Shown: positions 1 through 10,726 of the stretch, one piece after another
How the letters are laid out: each line of letters starts with the position of its first letter
Position numbering within the stretch: position 1 is the first letter of the stretch
Source of the DNA: Azolla caroliniana
Taxonomy: Eukaryota > Plantae > Polypodiophyta
Assembly: GCA_043228905.1 (NCBI GenBank)
Contig: JBHGNT010000002.1
Span: forward strand, 17,608,001-17,672,000
DNA length: 64,000 nt
Direction: 5' to 3'
The notes under the pieces: generated by a model
What the model was told of the DNA's origin: nothing
The model's input: the letters and a program-made list of their open reading frames with translations, nothing else
Databases searched by the model: none
Made by a program: the position numbers and the translations under genes

Positions 1-357
1 GCAGGAACTTGGCCACTTCAAGGAAGAAGGGATCGGAATCTGCTTGGTTCTATAGGCCTTGGTGGAGGAGGAATATGGCCCGAAATATCGCTGCAACACC
101 TTTGTAGGAGGGATGTCGAAATGCATTTCGCCTAGCGATGACAGGTCCAACTTCTTCCGGATGGAGGAGTTGGTGACCGTGTCGATGTTAAGCTTCCTGG
201 CGATGTCCATGGCATCCGGGTGTGGGGGTGCTTCTGCGACCCGGATGTACCCATCCAAGTGTTTCTCCATGAGCCATCGGCGTAAGGCAGTAGAGATGAA
301 GATCGTCATCGCCAGAGGAGGTTCGTGGGAAGGAGACTGGTGGTTGCGATGGGCTAT
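1..357 (-). CDS. Extra ORF downstream of integrase, unknown function, partial
   Basis: Open frame from 357 (ATA; first ATG at 309) to position 1: MTIFISTALRRWLMEKHLDGYIRVAEAPPHPDAMDIARKLNID...YFGPYSSSTKAYRT. Same strand as pol. Absent from the ORF track because no stop falls in the window. Confidence 0.45.
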   Translation of the reverse strand, partial: MAHRNHQSPSHEPPLAMTIFISTALRRWLMEKHLDGYIRVAEAPPHPDAMDIARKLNIDTVTNSSIRKKLDLSSLGEMHFDIPPTKVLQRYFGPYSSSTKAYRTKQIPIPSSLKWPSSC

Positions 358-649
358 AGTTGTGTGATAGGATGGAGGAGAAGGTGAGGGGAAGGAGCGA
401 TGGAAGCGCTGATAGCTAGAAGATGAGTTTCTGCTTTGTGTAGAAAATCTTCTGTTTCCTTCTTTTTGTGGCTTAGGGTTCATTGGGCGGTGAGCCATCG
501 TGGTGCCGCGTGTTCTTGGACTAGGAGTTTGTGCATGTCTTTAGTCGTTTTAATAGTCGCTATCTTCTCCTTCTTTTTTTTTTTCTTTTTTTTTCGTAAC
601 GGTTATCTACAACCTATTTTTACATTATGGTACAAGTGGGGCCGCTCAT

Positions 650-2100
650 TTACGGTGCGGGTTCTCCGGCTCTATCCTGGTTGGTGGTGAATGGGTTCGG
701 TGGCGTAGGGCCTAGGTAAGGTTTAAGCCGAAACCCATTCACCTTTTGCCGGACTACTTCCCCGGCCAGCATACCTAGTTGGAACGTGCCTTGTTCCGCT
801 CCAATTAGCCAGTATGGGCCGGTCTAGCGGAATCGTAACTTCCCCGGCATATGGCCCATGCGAGTTTGAAAAACCAGCACTGCTCGACCCACGACGAACT
901 ACTTTTCCCTTGCATTCTGATGTCAATCCACAAACGCTTTACGCCGTCGTTGTTCCTGCTCCAACATAGCCATGCTGTGGACGCGTTTTTGCCCTAGTTC
1001 AAGGAGTTGGTAGAGCTGTACCTCCTCCGACTTGGCTTCTTATAGTCGGTTCCGTACCTGAATTCACAAACTAGGTACCTGAAATTCGACCAGCATCACA
1101 ACCTCCAGCCCAAATGCTAGTCGAAACGGTGTTGACTGTATGCTTCTTTTGTAGCTGGTTCTGTACGCCAATAACGCACTTTGTAGTTTGGTATCCCAGT
1201 TCGTTCTATTTTCATTGACGATTTTCTTCAAAATGGTCTATAACGTCTTGTTGGTGGATTCTGCTAATCCATTCGCCTGCGGATAATATGGTGTGCTCTT
1301 CTTATGGACTACGGCGTAATGATGTGTTAGTTCCCGAACCACCGTATTGAGAAAGTGACTCCCCTGGTCATTGATGAGCTCAATCGGACAGTCGAACCGG
1401 CACTAGATGTGCTCGTAAAGGAATCTGGCTGTGACGACCGCTGTATTTTCACGTAGTGCCTTTGCTTCTACCCATTTGGTGCAGTAATCCGTGGCTACCA
1501 ATATGTATTTATTGCCTGTACGGGCCGCCGCTGGTGTGAAGGGCCCCACAAAATCCAATCCCAACTTTTGGAAGGGGTCTAGTGGTAATACGGGCTGGTG
1601 TGGCATCCTTGCGCCCTCAACGGGTTGTCCCATCCGTTGACACAAATCACACTTTCTACAATACTCGGATGCGTCCTTCTACGTTGTTGGCCACCATAAG
1701 CCCGCTTGCCATACTTTCCGGGTTGTAACGTCACCCGCGTAATGGCCGCCTGCCGTAAAACTGCTTCCTTATCATCCTGACGTACCCCACGTCGCCAAAT
1801 ACCGTCACTTCCTTTGTGATATAAAACGCCTTCGACAAGGCAGAAGTGACGGCTTCCGAAGGGTAGTCGTTTCTTCTCGTCCGTGCGTAATTGTGGTGGA
1901 GGCAGTCCCGTAGTTAAAAAGTACGTCATTTCCATAAGCCACCGGTCCGGAAAGGTCGATTCCGTTCTTTTTGGCTAGTGTCGCTACTTGCAGGATGTCG
2001 GCGTCCGAAAAATCGTCGTCATCTTTCTGTAATGTTTCTCCATTCTCGAGTCTGCTCATAAAATCCGCCAATGCGTGTTGCGTCCCTGGTCGGTGCTGGA
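650..2100 (-). pseudogene. pol: Gypsy integrase (core plus GPY/F C-terminal domain), disrupted
   Basis: ORF 1403..1645 GLDFVGP...[10 protein letters not shown]; downstream GPYW...VNGFRLKPY; split by stops and frameshifts. Confidence 0.85.
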
Positions 2101-2116
2101 TTACGAAATCGAATTC

Positions 2117-3724
2117 CTAGAGCAGCAGCATCCACCGCGCCAATTTCCCTGTCAGGGCTTGTTTCTCCACCAAATACAGAAGTGCCGAATGATCCACGTG
2201 GAACGTGAATTTCCTTCCTAATAAATAGTGCCCGAATTTATTGATGTTATAGATCATCCCTAGCGCCTCCCGCTCCGTTGTGGAGTAGTTACGCTCTACT
2301 GTTGATAATTTGCGACTAGTGTAGTATACTCGTCGGTACCAGCTTGGTTCGGTGAGCTGCATTAGTGCACTTCCTATTGCTATGTCCGAGGTGTCGACGA
2401 ACACGTGGAATGGCTTCGCCCAAACTAGTGGTTGTACGACGGGAGCCTGTGTGAGCATTATCTTAAGTGCCTCGTAGGTTTTATCCTCCGTTGCAGTCCA
2501 TTGGAAAGGAGTCTGATGTACGGCAGCGTGTAACGGCGTGGCGAAGTCCGCCAAATACCGTATCATCCGACTATGCCACCGTATTTGTCCCAAAAACCGG
2601 CTGAGTGATTTGACGTTTGTCGGAGTGTTGGCTTGCATAATCGTGGATATTTTGTTCGGGTCAACTGCTATTCCCTCCTTGCTGACTATATGGCCCAAGA
2701 GAGTCCCGCTGGTCACGCCAAAAGCACATTTTGCGGGATTCTGGCTTAAGCGTGCGGTGCGGCAACATTTGAGGCACAGTTGTAAGTGCGAAAAATGGTC
2801 TATTGTTCTCCCATATACCGCAAAGTCGTCTAAAAAAACTTGCATGAACGCCGGAATGTATTCCCCAAAGATCTCCGTAATTGTCCGTTGAAATGTTGTC
2901 GGCACCATCTTTAGCCCGAACATCATGACGACTGCCACATATACTCCCCAATCCATGACAAATGTCGTCTTTTCTTGGTCCTCGGGATGCATGCGTACCT
3001 GATTTTAGCCACTGAAGCCATCTAAAAAACTGTACATCTTATGGCCTACGACGGCGTCCAGTACGCTATCGGTGAAGGGTAATGGAAATGCGTCCGTAAT
3101 GGTGACGACGTTTAATTTTTGGTAATCTACGCATACCCGTATTTTGCCGTTTTTGTTTGGAACGACCACTATCGGGCTTAACCATGTCGCTTGTTTAACT
3201 GGTCGTATGAACCCCGCCTTTAGGAGCTTGTCAATTTCTTCTTTCACGCAGGTCGCGTAGTTCGGGTCCATGCGGTAGCGGTGCTGCTGGACGGGTTTCG
3301 CGTCGGTTGCTAAATTGATCTTATGCTGATAGAACTTGGGATCTAACCCCTTCATGTCCTCGTGAGCCCAAGCGAACACATCCTTATATTCCGTGAGTAG
3401 TGCGATCATTGTTTTTCGCTGGTCCGGCCTTAATTCCTTTGCGATGGAGAGGAAACGAGGCTCCGATTCCGTACCCATATTTACTTCTTCAAGGGTGGAA
3501 GCAGTGACTCGTCGAGAAATCTCCATTTCCCTTTCGAATGCCGCCCGTGCTCTGCTGAGTTCCAATATGAACTCTGGGTTTGGTTCGTAAGGCTCGTCGT
3601 GGAGAACAGTGGTCGTGGCATAGTCTGCCGCGGTTGCGATGACGTCTATTTCAAACAGTGGAATAATCCGAGGGTGCTCATCGAATAATGCCTCCAATTC
3701 TGCATCCTCCACCCCAACCAACAT
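2117..3724 (-). pseudogene. pol: Gypsy reverse transcriptase and RNase H
   Basis: ORFs 3005..3724 (RVCVDY, FLDGFSG) and 2117..2992 (FLDDF, FVDTS, EREALG, HVDH). Confidence 0.9.
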
Positions 3725-3749
3725 ATTTATATCTTCTACGTATAATGGT

Positions 3750-5610
3750 GTTATACCCTTCGGTTGTGGCGTGCTTCCTTCCGTAGGTACGCGAACCTTG
3801 GTGCGTCCGTGTCAGAAACTAATACACTTGTGTTGCCAGCTCTGCTTGATGTTTGCTACCCAAAGCCATGTCTACCCAGAAGCACTGGGTAAGCCGTCCA
3901 AGGCGAGGATGACCGCTGAGATGTCGAATCGGTGTTTACCCACGATAATGCTAATTTTACGAATTAACCCTAATGGTCGTACTGAGCGGGTATCTGCCAT
4001 TCGGAGCCAGAATGGGCAAGCGTCCCATTCTGAAATGCCTAACTGCTCGCAAGTTTTCGCGCTAATTACATTGACGCTTGAGCCGCCGTCGATTACACAT
4101 CCAGGAATTTCCTATCCGTGTAATATTAATGTAATAGCCGGGGTGTGTTGATCCACTACCGGCAGTCCACTGTTGACGTCTGTAAGGTTTGTAGCGATAC
4201 TCACCCCGGGTATGCCTGTCACCCGTTCTTCCATGGTCTGGCGGAAGTGTGGGACTAGCTGCAACAGTTTCTCCATGGTTAACATTATCTCACAGCCCTC
4301 TCACGCCTACCAAATGGGGTCTGGAACTGGTCTTTCGTCCTCTGCTCACTCCATTGTGTTCGCGGACTCCTTCCGCATATGTTCTGTATTTGCCGCGTTT
4401 GCTTTCTCCACCCACGCTTGGGCTTGTTGGCGTACCTCGTCTTGCGCAGCCCAATCAACGGTTTTTGTTTACTGGCGTGTCGTGACTTGTTGCGCCTCTG
4501 CTGTAATCATATTGACAACGGGCCCCTTTCCCTTGCGTGCTGGACATTGCGTGGCATAATGTCCGGGTTGCTGACAAATAAAACAATGGATGCTTGATTC
4601 ACCCTTCTTGGCTCCTGGTGGTGTGTGCCGCTCCCCTGGTGCTACTTGCTCCTCGCGGTCCGGCCTCGTTTGTTGGAACGTACGTGGTGGCTGTTGTTGG
4701 TCCCGTCGTTGTTCCTGGTGCCGCTCATCCCACGAGCTTTCGTCGTAACGCCGGTGATCCCAATATTGCCGTGGGTTACCACGATAACCATTGAAGCCGC
4801 CCCGTTTGTTTGTCGGTCGTTGATTCTCGTAGTGCCGACCCCCTTTGGCGTAACTCGGATGTCCACGATAATCCTCGTCCTCTGGGTTGTCCTCCTCGGA
4901 ATCGTTGTGATTTCGGCGATTCCGGTGGTACCGGTCCTCCCGTGGGTTACGATCCTTATATCGGGTTCGGTCTTCTTGCATCCTTTGTTCAGTCCGGTGT
5001 GGTTGACGTTGTGTGTCCATGCTACGGATTGCGGGAGTGGCTCTGTTTAACATATTGTACTCGCATTGGTCGACTGTGTGAGCCTTCGAGTGGCAGATTG
5101 GGCAGTGGATTCGCATATTGCAGTCCACTGCGGAATACCTCGAGTTCAAGCAAATCGCGCACTGGATTGCTTGACGAAACTGGCGTTCCTCATCCTGAGG
5201 TAACGCTTGTTGTAAGGAGGACATAGAAAACCTTTCCTCCTCGTCATCCAACTCGAGCTGTAACGCTCGTTCAGTTACCATATCCGTTGTTTCCCCTTTC
5301 ACGCTATTGTTGTTGAGTGTTGCCCGGATGGGCCGACGTAAAGCTAGCCAAAAATGTTTCCCGAGCCTTGTCTTCTGTGGGGCTCCGTTCCAGTTTCCGT
5401 CGTAAATTTTGGAAGCATGAGCTGAAGTCCGCTATCGTCTCTGTCAACAGTTGCTTAATTGTATAAAACTGTCCGAGGATTTCGCGTTGTGGAACCCTCC
5501 GATGGAAGAATCGCAAGAACGCGGACTGCAGCTGATCGAAGGTTGTTATTGCTGGTAAATCCATCTGTGAATGCCAAAACGCGGCTCGCCCATCTAATGT
5601 TAACCTGAAC
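3750..5610 (-). pseudogene. gag: Gypsy gag (three CX2CX4HX4C-type knuckles) and aspartic protease
   Basis: ORFs 5304..5564 and 4469..5302 with CAICLNSRYSAVDC, CPICHSKAHTVDQC, CFICQQPGHYATQC; IDGGSSVNVI protease motif near 4070-4095. Confidence 0.8.
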
Positions 5611-5614
5611 TCTA

Positions 5615-5755
5615 TCAGAGGTTTTCTGCCCTTTATATACGCAGGGTCTATTTAGCCGTTCATGCTTCCTGCGTGAACCGTTACATGCGTTATGATCTTA
5701 TATTATTTCTTATTCCTACGCTTTTGTCCGTCGGTTACTATTCCGGCGGACAACA
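5615..5755 (-). repeat. Truncated LTR (U3/TATA part)
   Basis: Starts TGTTGTCC on the - strand at 5755, TATATAAAGGG near 5630; abuts an unrelated RNase H fragment. Confidence 0.5.
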
Positions 5756-5950
5756 CTAAATCGATGGCAAGCTCGGTGGGCTCAATTCCTCATGTGTTTT
5801 GACTTCAAAATCACATATCGACCGGGGAAGCAGCAAGGAAAAGCAGATGCGTTATCACGACGTTCATATCTTGCACCCTGTCCTGGTGATCCAACGTTTG
5901 ATAATCAAAAGCAAGTAATCTTGGGACCAACACGATTGCAGACAATGCGA
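5756..5950 (+). pseudogene. pol: Chromovirus-like Gypsy RNase H C-terminal fragment
   Basis: [34 protein letters not shown]. Confidence 0.75.
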
Positions 5951-6159
5951 TTTATGTTGCACGTTTATGTTGCACATTTATGGTGCTCATTTATATAATT
6001 AAAACTCTCTACTATTTTCAATGGTGGATTTTGGATAGCTAGTTTATCAATGGTAGCTCTTTGCAAAAATGACTATTTATCAATGGTAGCTTTTTGCATA
6101 GCTAATTAGCTATGTCAAGGACATAGCTAATTTTTTCCACTCGCACGCTTTCACCCTAG

Positions 6160-6750
6160 AGGCAAATCCTTGGATTTTTAGAGCGGACTATTGAAGCGTG
6201 GGGCACAAATAGTCCGAACAATCATAAGTCCCCAGAAGGAAGCAGAGGGCATGGATTGCAAGGAGAAGCAACATGTGTCACACCTAGCGGCGCATGTAAA
6301 CTAACAGTACTCAACAAGAAGGACAAGCGTCGGATACAAGACTTTGAGAAGATGTTAAAAGAAGAAAGAATAATAGGAGAAGATGAATTCGTGGCTCATA
6401 TTCTAGAGGAAGCCACATTTAACGACACCATCGGCGAAATTGAGGAAGTCGTGAACTTGAGCTATCCTCATGATCAACACGTGACTTCGGTTAACTCTAT
6501 CAACATCTATTCTATCATCGATGAATATCATCGAGGCAGGTTGATGGAGGAAGCTGAAGTCAACACAAAATATAAAATGGTGGATAGGAAGATCAAGCCA
6601 GTTGCGGTTCCAGTACCGGAAGATAGCTGGCAAAAGATGAAGGAAGTTGCGAACGATCCAAGCTTAAGACAATAGGTCATGTCTTCACTGAAGAGACGAA
6701 AGGAAAGCTACGAGTTGGAAGGGAGGATTTCCTCCTCCCTGAAGAGGAGT
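6160..6750 (+). pseudogene. pol: Gypsy-W fragment: frameshift site and start of Pol
   Basis: GGATTTTTAG at 6172; ORF 6256..6675 with TKYKMVDRKIKPV..DPSLR, homologous to 22074.. and 40117.. Confidence 0.8.
6172..6234 (+). promoter_or_regulatory. Predicted -1 frameshift signal (slippery heptamer plus pseudoknot)
   Basis: GGATTTT, 6-nt spacer, stem GGACTATT/AATAGTCC, loop TGGGG pairs with downstream CCCCA. Confidence 0.75.
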
Positions 6751-6969
6751 GAATGTTGAGACAAGACTTGTGACATGCAAAACCAAATCGACAAGAGTTG
6801 AGACACACAAAGCCAAGAAGAGCGAAGTTGAGAAAGATAGTGCTGATTCGGCCGATACACCCAAAAAGGCTTTAAGGGGAAAAGGCAACATGAGTCAGAC
6901 AATGTTAATCCTTAGGGCCGGACAATGGCCTAACACAAGGTGTCTACGGAAGACACTTTACCAAAGGGG

Positions 6970-7328
6970 TGTTAAGGCGAGATAACTTAAGACACAACGA
7001 TTAATCACACTTAATTGGCTACGTAGCAATATGGCATTAAATTCGATACACTTAGTACAGAACGGTAATCAACACTTAAAGATAAAACAAGAAGCTCTAT
7101 TAATTATCCTTCCAAGTTTTACATTGTAATTGGGCCTTTATATAGGTCACCGGTGCTGAGTACAAAACGGTGCCAACCGGCAGCTGTTCGAAACCGGTCC
7201 GGATCCGGATCGGCATACCGATTCCGGTCTGTCCGTTCACGTCCCACTATTCTACTTAATTAAAATAGATTCCGAATAACAATCCCTTTCACATTCTGGT
7301 CTTTAACTCCTTTGTCGGCCGGGTAACA
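6970..7328 (-). repeat. LTR (359 bp), promoter polarity on the - strand
   Basis: TGTTA...TAACA termini; CCTATATAAAGG then T-rich U5-like tract when read on the - strand. Confidence 0.7.
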
Positions 7329-7330
7329 CA

Positions 7331-7371
7331 TGGCACGCCCGTGGGACAGTACCTTGTACGTCGAATCCCAC
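7331..7371 (+). promoter_or_regulatory. tRNA-Arg-type primer binding site with extended T-arm complement
   Basis: TGGCACGCCCGTGGGAC 2 nt from the LTR end, then hairpin GTAC-CTT-GTAC and TCGAATCCCAC; repeated at 9581-9620 on the - strand. Confidence 0.65.
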
Positions 7372-7381
7372 TATCTGGCCC

Positions 7382-7954
7382 TTAGCCTTCGTCCAAGATA
7401 TCCAGAATACTCTCCTCAAGGGTATCCAATGGTTCTTCGGAAATCTGTTGTTGTTGTTGATGTGGCTGTTGTTGCAGTTGTGGTTGTTGTTCTGGCTCCG
7501 GCTCCTCCGACTGTTTCTCCTTAGATGGCGTCTGTTCAGCTCCCGGTACCGGCGGTTGTGGCGGTGATTCCTCCGTTAACTGCTCTGCCGGATTTGACTT
7601 CAGTTGACTCGCCCCGGTCTTGTCTCCGTCCGATCCTTGCTCCAGCTATGGCTTCTCATCGTTGAGGTTGACGGTCGCCGCCTGCTTTGCGTCTTCTTTC
7701 CGTAGCCTGGTCCACTCATAGCTTTCAAATTGGATTTTAGCATCCTGTCGATCATCGTCCAGTTGTGCTACCAATTTTCGGACCACTGCTGACTGTTCCT
7801 CCGCCAGAGTTACAAAATCTTCGGCTAACTCATCTCTTACGGTGGTGAAGTCCTCCTTTGTTAGCATGTAGCAGTCGTTGCCATCCTTCTGTTGGTTTTC
7901 CGCGTCCTCCCTTAGCAACTGGAGCTCGACGACGACTAGAGAAACCAACAGCAC
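7382..7954 (-). pseudogene. Coiled-coil / Gln-Pro-Glu-rich ORF remnant of a retroelement
   Basis: ORF 7646..7954 continues in frame past one TAG to a TAA at 7382-7384, next to the PBS block. Confidence 0.45.
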
Positions 7955-9360
7955 CGGACGGACGAGGACCAGAATAACAACGATGATCAGAAGGTTGCAG
8001 AGGCGGCCGAAAAGACACGGCCGAACCGCAGCCAGAACGGAGATGAAGATCCAGAACGGAGATGAAGATGGCCAGATTGGCCGACCAGATACACACTAGA
8101 CAAAGGCGGACAACGGACGGGCTGGACAACAAAGGGACATAGCTAGAAACGGAGAACATAGATGAGACGATGTGATGCAGAAAGCCACAGACGGGGGCCG
8201 GAGAAAAACACATAAACACGATGGAATGGTCCGGATAGAAGAAACGAAAAAAAAAAACGGAATGAACCGGAAAGATACAACCGGAAAGACATGGCCGTTT
8301 GTGCCGAACAACAACGAAGATGGAGATGACCGAACAGCAGTTCGAGAGGTCGGATAGGCCGGAGAGTGACCGGACAGGAGCAACCGGAGCGGCCGAAGTG
8401 GCCGGAGAGCGGTCGAAATGGCCGAAAACCGGTCAAAATAGCCGGATAGTGGTTGGAGCAGCTGGAGAAGGCCGGGGAAGCAGACAGGCCGCCGGGACAA
8501 CGGACCGGATGCATGATCGGAAGACGATGGACGGTGCCGGATGACGACGAAACGACAGGACGACGAAGATGCCTGACGGCAGTAGACAACAGCAGCTGGG
8601 AGATGGCCGAAGCGACAGATAGGCAACCGAAATGGATGGACAGAGACGGGCAGCGGGTTCGATAGAGACGTTGGACAAATAGAAGGTTGGACAACTACCG
8701 GATCGACGACAAAAATGTACAGCGACGGCCGGATGATGGCCAAAATAGAGAAAGGCCGGATAGGGCTAATAGAGACAATGACACCGGATAGTGGCCGCAC
8801 AGAGACGGTGGCAGAGCCAGAGATAGACGACGACAACCGCCGAGCGATGGATACTATGGAGCTTCAGAAGGAGAGGAAGCAAAAAAACAGGCATAGCATA
8901 GAACGAGGAGAAATAGAGCAGAAGGAAGAATAAAAGAATGAAGGAGAAGAAAGGAGGGAGCAACACAAACAAAGACTGAAAGAAAAAGAAAGAGAACAAA
9001 GAAAGAAGAATTCATGGAAGAAGAGAAAGGCATGAACAGACATATACACGAAGTGTAAGAAACAGAGATAGAAGAAGAAAGAGAGAGGAGGAAAAGAAAG
9101 ACAGGAAGAGGAGAAGAAGCAACGGTTAACACCAAGGAGGAGGAAGAAGATGTAGACAACACGTGGGAGAAAACGTAAGAAGACAAACACGGGAAAAAAA
9201 ATGAGAGGGAAAAAGAGAAGCGAAGAAATTTTAAAAAGTTGAGGGTAGAGCCTAAAATTTCAGAAACTTGGGGGTACTGAATGAAAATTTCAAAAGTCGA
9301 GGGTACATATCAAAATTTTAAAAAACAAGAGGGCACCACCAAAATTTTGAAAATCCCCAA
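7930..9360. repeat. Low-complexity internal retroelement region (GGCCG/ACGG-rich, then GA-rich, then AAAATTTT-GAGGG repeats)
   Basis: Degenerate short repeats and strong purine skew on the + strand. Confidence 0.5.
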
Positions 9361-9580
9361 GACTACTCACACACACTCAAAACAAAGGAAGATCATACAT
9401 ATACACGACATGATTTTGGACCCATGATGAAGTTCGTAAGCCGACAAAACGAGAATGTTCGTGTCGCGGAAAGATTTCCTGACCGACAAAGATGTTCGAG
9501 TCAAGCACTCCGATCGAGGGAGTCGATCATTGAAAGGACCGATGGAAGTCCCGGTCGAAGAAATATCATCATCAAGGCAT

Positions 9581-9620
9581 GTGGGATCGACGTGCAAGGC
9601 ACTCTCCCACGGGCGTGCCA
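9581..9620 (-). promoter_or_regulatory. tRNA-Arg-type primer binding site (second copy)
   Basis: - strand TGGCACGCCCGTGGGAGA-GTGC-CTT-GCAC-GTCGATCCCAC, 3 nt from the LTR boundary at 9624. Confidence 0.65.
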
Positions 9621-9623
9621 TAT

Positions 9624-10187
9624 TGTCTTACCCCGTACGAGATGTACGGAGAGTCAACTGTGATGAGCGAGGGTCGAATGTTATCATGATGTTGTTGTGT
9701 ATGTGTAGGGGGCATAAATGTAATTGTGTGTCTATACGTATGTGAACACATGCACATGTGTGTGCATGTGGATGGATACGAGGAGGTGTGAGTGAGTGTC
9801 CAGTATGAATGCTCGAGGGGGCTTACACCCCTATGTACCTACCCCCTCTTGTACTATTTAAACCCTTATGGGGAATGAATGAAACATGAATAATCATTTT
9901 CTCTCTCTCTCTCTCTCTCTCTCTCTTTGTCATCTCTCTTCCTCTCTCTCCCCTTAACGTTGAACCCCCTTGGGAGGGGGGTGGAGCCATTCTAGGCACC
10001 ACCCCCCACCCCGAAATGCTTCTCAATGCTCATCCTATCATCATCAATTCCACAATGCTTACCTCCATCATCATACCGATCATTATAATCATGCTATCAT
10101 AATTATCACTAACCCTAACCCTAAAATGTATAACAGACTCTTATCTTCAAGTCAATCGAGCCCAAAGCAAGGGAGGATGATGTGACA
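9624..10187 (+). repeat. LTR (564 bp), promoter polarity on the + strand
   Basis: TGTC...GACA termini; CTATTTAAA near 9855, AATGAA, (CT)n at 9901, telo-box AACCCTAA near 10110. Confidence 0.6.
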
Positions 10188-10228
10188 TCGCTGAACTCGT
10201 ATTACAAGGGTGAGTCATCCAACAGGAT

Positions 10229-10625
10229 TGTTGAGTGACAAGCTCAACATTGGGTACGCAGCACGAAGCGTAACCCAGTAATGCGTGAATTATTACGCAT
10301 GGCCGTAATGTTGCAGACACAGAAAGGCCGTTAGAATGATATTCCTCGAGAAGGAATATTTTTGGGAGTGAGTGTAAAGGCTCATTTATGAGTAGTCAAG
10401 TATTGTCAGTACTTGTGTTAGCCCGTTAGTTAGGGCTTGTATATAATGTGCTCACAAAGCACGGTGTATGTATAGAACAGAGTGTTATTTTTGAATTAAG
10501 CTTGAGTTGTCTGCTCTCTCTGTGTGTCTGTCTCTCCCTCACCATCTCTGTGCTTTCTGTGTATTACGATCTGTCTTACTTCTTAACTCTGTTACTTAAC
10601 ACGCTTCCGCACGTATTCTTTTACA
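10229..10625 (+). repeat. Copia-A 5' LTR
   Basis: TG...CA, 397 bp, matches the split 3' LTR. Confidence 0.95.
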
Positions 10626-10637
10626 TGGTATCAGAGC
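10626..10637 (+). promoter_or_regulatory. PBS, initiator tRNA-Met
   Basis: TGGTATCAGAGC directly after the LTR CA. Confidence 0.95.
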
Positions 10638-10726
10638 GCGAGGGTTGAAGTCCTCTGCAGCCAACACGAAAAGCCTGCGTTTGAAACAGAGTCGAAGTTT
10701 TTTCTTTTAGAGGAAAGACAGTAAAC

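Larger units (their letters stand above)
1..5755 (-). mobile_element. Degenerate non-chromovirus Ty3/gypsy element (Athila/Tat-like), runs off the left edge
   Basis: Order on the - strand: LTR fragment, gag with Zn knuckles, protease, RT (FLDD), RNase H, integrase with GPY tail, extra ORF. Many stops and frameshifts. Confidence 0.85.

Noticed and set aside
6754-6969. Possible copia-type LTR start (TGTTGAGACAAG)
   Set aside because: No partner LTR, end, PBS or TSD could be identified.
8096-9190. Long S/P/R/F-rich ORFs (8096..8836, 8143..8694, 8854..9186)
   Set aside because: Products of low-complexity, strand-skewed repeats; no protein motif.
6970-10187. Single element with inverted terminal repeats (DIRS-like)
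   Set aside because: The two LTRs differ in length and sequence, there is no TSD and no tyrosine recombinase; only the 40-nt PBS blocks are inverted.
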